This document shows, one piece after another, positions 18,872 through 20,000 of a DNA stretch of 20,000 nucleotides. The DNA is from an uncultured virus (IMG/VR IMGVR_UViG_2061766007_000557). Taxonomy: Duplodnaviria > Heunggongvirae > Uroviricota > Caudoviricetes. Each line of letters opens with the position of its first letter. Position 1 is the stretch's first letter. Location: the IMG/VR virus record IMGVR_UViG_2061766007_000557; one strand, written 5' to 3'. The position numbers and the translations under genes are program-made. The notes beneath the pieces are model-generated. The model worked only from the letters and a program-made list of their open reading frames with translations. It had not been told where the DNA came from and ran no database searches.

Positions 18872-19894
18872 TCATCCACTTATTTCAGTTGGGATGTCGG
18901 ACACTCTTGGAGAGATTATATTCTTTTCAGGTTCACTCTCTACGCTGTACGATGATTTAGATTCTTTATTATCTAAATTTATCTCGGTGTTATCCATTTT
19001 TGGACTTTCACCGATATTGCCCGATGATATTCTATTTAATTCCTTAAAATAGACGGCTCCATCTTGTATAAGAATATATTCATTTGAAAAATAAATTTTA
19101 AAATTAACTTTATTTGGTAAATATGGATTTTCTTTCGTAGCTTGTGAATTTTTCATTATCATGCTTCTAGATACTTTTGTATATTTAGCACAATCTAATA
19201 TAGTTTTATGATATTTTATATTTCCATTTAAATCTTCAGATATTAAATAATTACCATTGGAACTTATACATTGATAATAATTTTTCAATATATAATTAAA
19301 AATATCTATATTAGATTTTTTAAATTCAGAATCGATTACTACACAATATTTATCATATATAATTGTATTTAAAAATGTAGCCGATCTTGTTGTATGATAA
19401 CTTAAAAAATCACAAACTTCTTTTATATTTTTAAAAGATTGTATAAATTCTCCATATTTTGTATATAATGTGCATGGAATCCAAGTGTGATCTTGTTTAT
19501 ATGTTTGAATTTCACCAGACTTATATTTTTTCTTAAGAGTACTTGAAATTTTTTGTCTACTTTCTTCTGAAGGAGAGTGACCAAAATTAGCAATAACTTG
19601 AAGCGATAAGTTATATTCAGGTTTTAATGTATTGATATAAAACTGTTCTCTGTCAAATCTATCCTTTTCATCACAGTACTCTAAAATTGAAAAATCAAAT
19701 GAATTTTTTCCATATTTATTCCAAGAATTTTGTAAATGTTTATTATGTGCTTTATTGTTTTGTAAATTATGAATATGCTCGTGTAATCTGTTATAAATAT
19801 TTACACTTGATCCAATATATCGTTTACCATTTACAAGATTGCATATACAATATATGCCACATTTGAATCTAATTAATTCTGAAATTTTTTGCAT
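18872..19894 (-). CDS. GIY-YIG homing endonuclease with NUMOD3/NUMOD1-like DNA-binding modules (intron-encoded)
   Basis: CGIYCICNLVNGKRYIGSS, R..EH, REQFYI, YN; NUMOD3-like HSPSEESRQKIS. Confidence 0.93.
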   Translation of the reverse strand: MQKISELIRFKCGIYCICNLVNGKRYIGSSVNIYNRLHEHIHNLQNNKAHNKHLQNSWNKYGKNSFDFSILEYCDEKDRFDREQFYINTLKPEYNLSLQVIANFGHSPSEESRQKISSTLKKKYKSGEIQTYKQDHTWIPCTLYTKYGEFIQSFKNIKEVCDFLSYHTTRSATFLNTIIYDKYCVVIDSEFKKSNIDIFNYILKNYYQCISSNGNYLISEDLNGNIKYHKTILDCAKYTKVSRSMIMKNSQATKENPYLPNKVNFKIYFSNEYILIQDGAVYFKELNRISSGNIGESPKMDNTEINLDNKESKSSYSVESEPEKNIISPRVSDIPTEISG

Positions 19895-19919
19895 ATTATT
19901 ATTAATTTAAAATTATGTG

Positions 19920-19927
19920 CAAATATA
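19920..19927 (-). promoter_or_regulatory. Bacteroidota -7 promoter element upstream of the homing endonuclease
   Basis: Minus strand TATATTTG(CA) matches TAnnTTTG, 25 nt upstream of ATG 19894. No clear -33 element. Confidence 0.55.
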
Positions 19928-20000
19928 CAAAAAATAATTGAATTAAAAAAGTAAAATTTAAGATTTATTTAAATTCTAAATAAAGTTAAATTTATTTTAT

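Larger units (their letters stand above)
18805..20000 (-). mobile_element. Group I self-splicing intron carrying a homing endonuclease (5' end beyond the window)
   Basis: P3 UCGGGCA (19024-19018)/UGUCCGA (18903-18897); P4 UCGGUG/CACCGA; P7 CAGCGUA (18947-18941)/UACGCG (18866-18861); P8 CAUCC/GGAUG; P9 stems CUUAUU/AAUAAG and GUUAGG/CCUAAC. Terminal G at 18805 is followed by the in-frame helicase exon. Confidence 0.9.

Noticed and set aside
383..19894. Genome-wide TGA-to-Trp reassignment as the explanation for the prfB UGA
   Set aside because: TGA ends 15 genes at natural C-termini, often in ATGA overlaps, and no other gene here needs an internal TGA.
18805..19894. Intein rather than intron in the helicase
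   Set aside because: The endonuclease ORF has its own start and stop, an in-frame TAA lies just upstream of the exon, and group I pairings are present.
1..20000. tRNA genes (including suppressors), CRISPR arrays or IS elements
   Set aside because: Intergenic gaps are short and AT-rich, and I saw no cloverleaf, repeat-spacer pattern or transposase.

Overview
Very AT-rich phage DNA with about 29 tightly packed, often overlapping genes, all on the minus strand. Gene content and order fit the replication and nucleotide-metabolism module of a crAss-like (Crassvirales) phage. In reading order: SF2 helicase, putative initiator/loader, DnaB-like helicase, Sak4/AAA_24-like ATPase, putative SSB, primase, PD-(D/E)XK nucleases, HAD nucleotidase, AAA+ ATPase, NrdD, RF2, thioredoxin, NrdG, dUTPase and ATP-dependent DNA ligase. 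TAnnTTTG promoter elements point to a Bacteroidota host. Main observations: (1) the phage release factor 2 gene really starts at 5020. It has lost the ancestral +1 frameshift cassette and instead carries one in-frame UGA at codon 11, a candidate read-through autoregulatory switch. (2) None of the 28 complete genes ends in TAG (13 TAA, 15 TGA), consistent with amber reassignment supported by phage RF2. (3) A group I intron splits the helicase Walker A motif, and its GIY-YIG ORF reads through the ribozyme core. (4) A nuclease-HAD fusion hinges on an A6 tract that is also a -1 slippery site. Family assignments come from motif recognition by eye; no searches were run.
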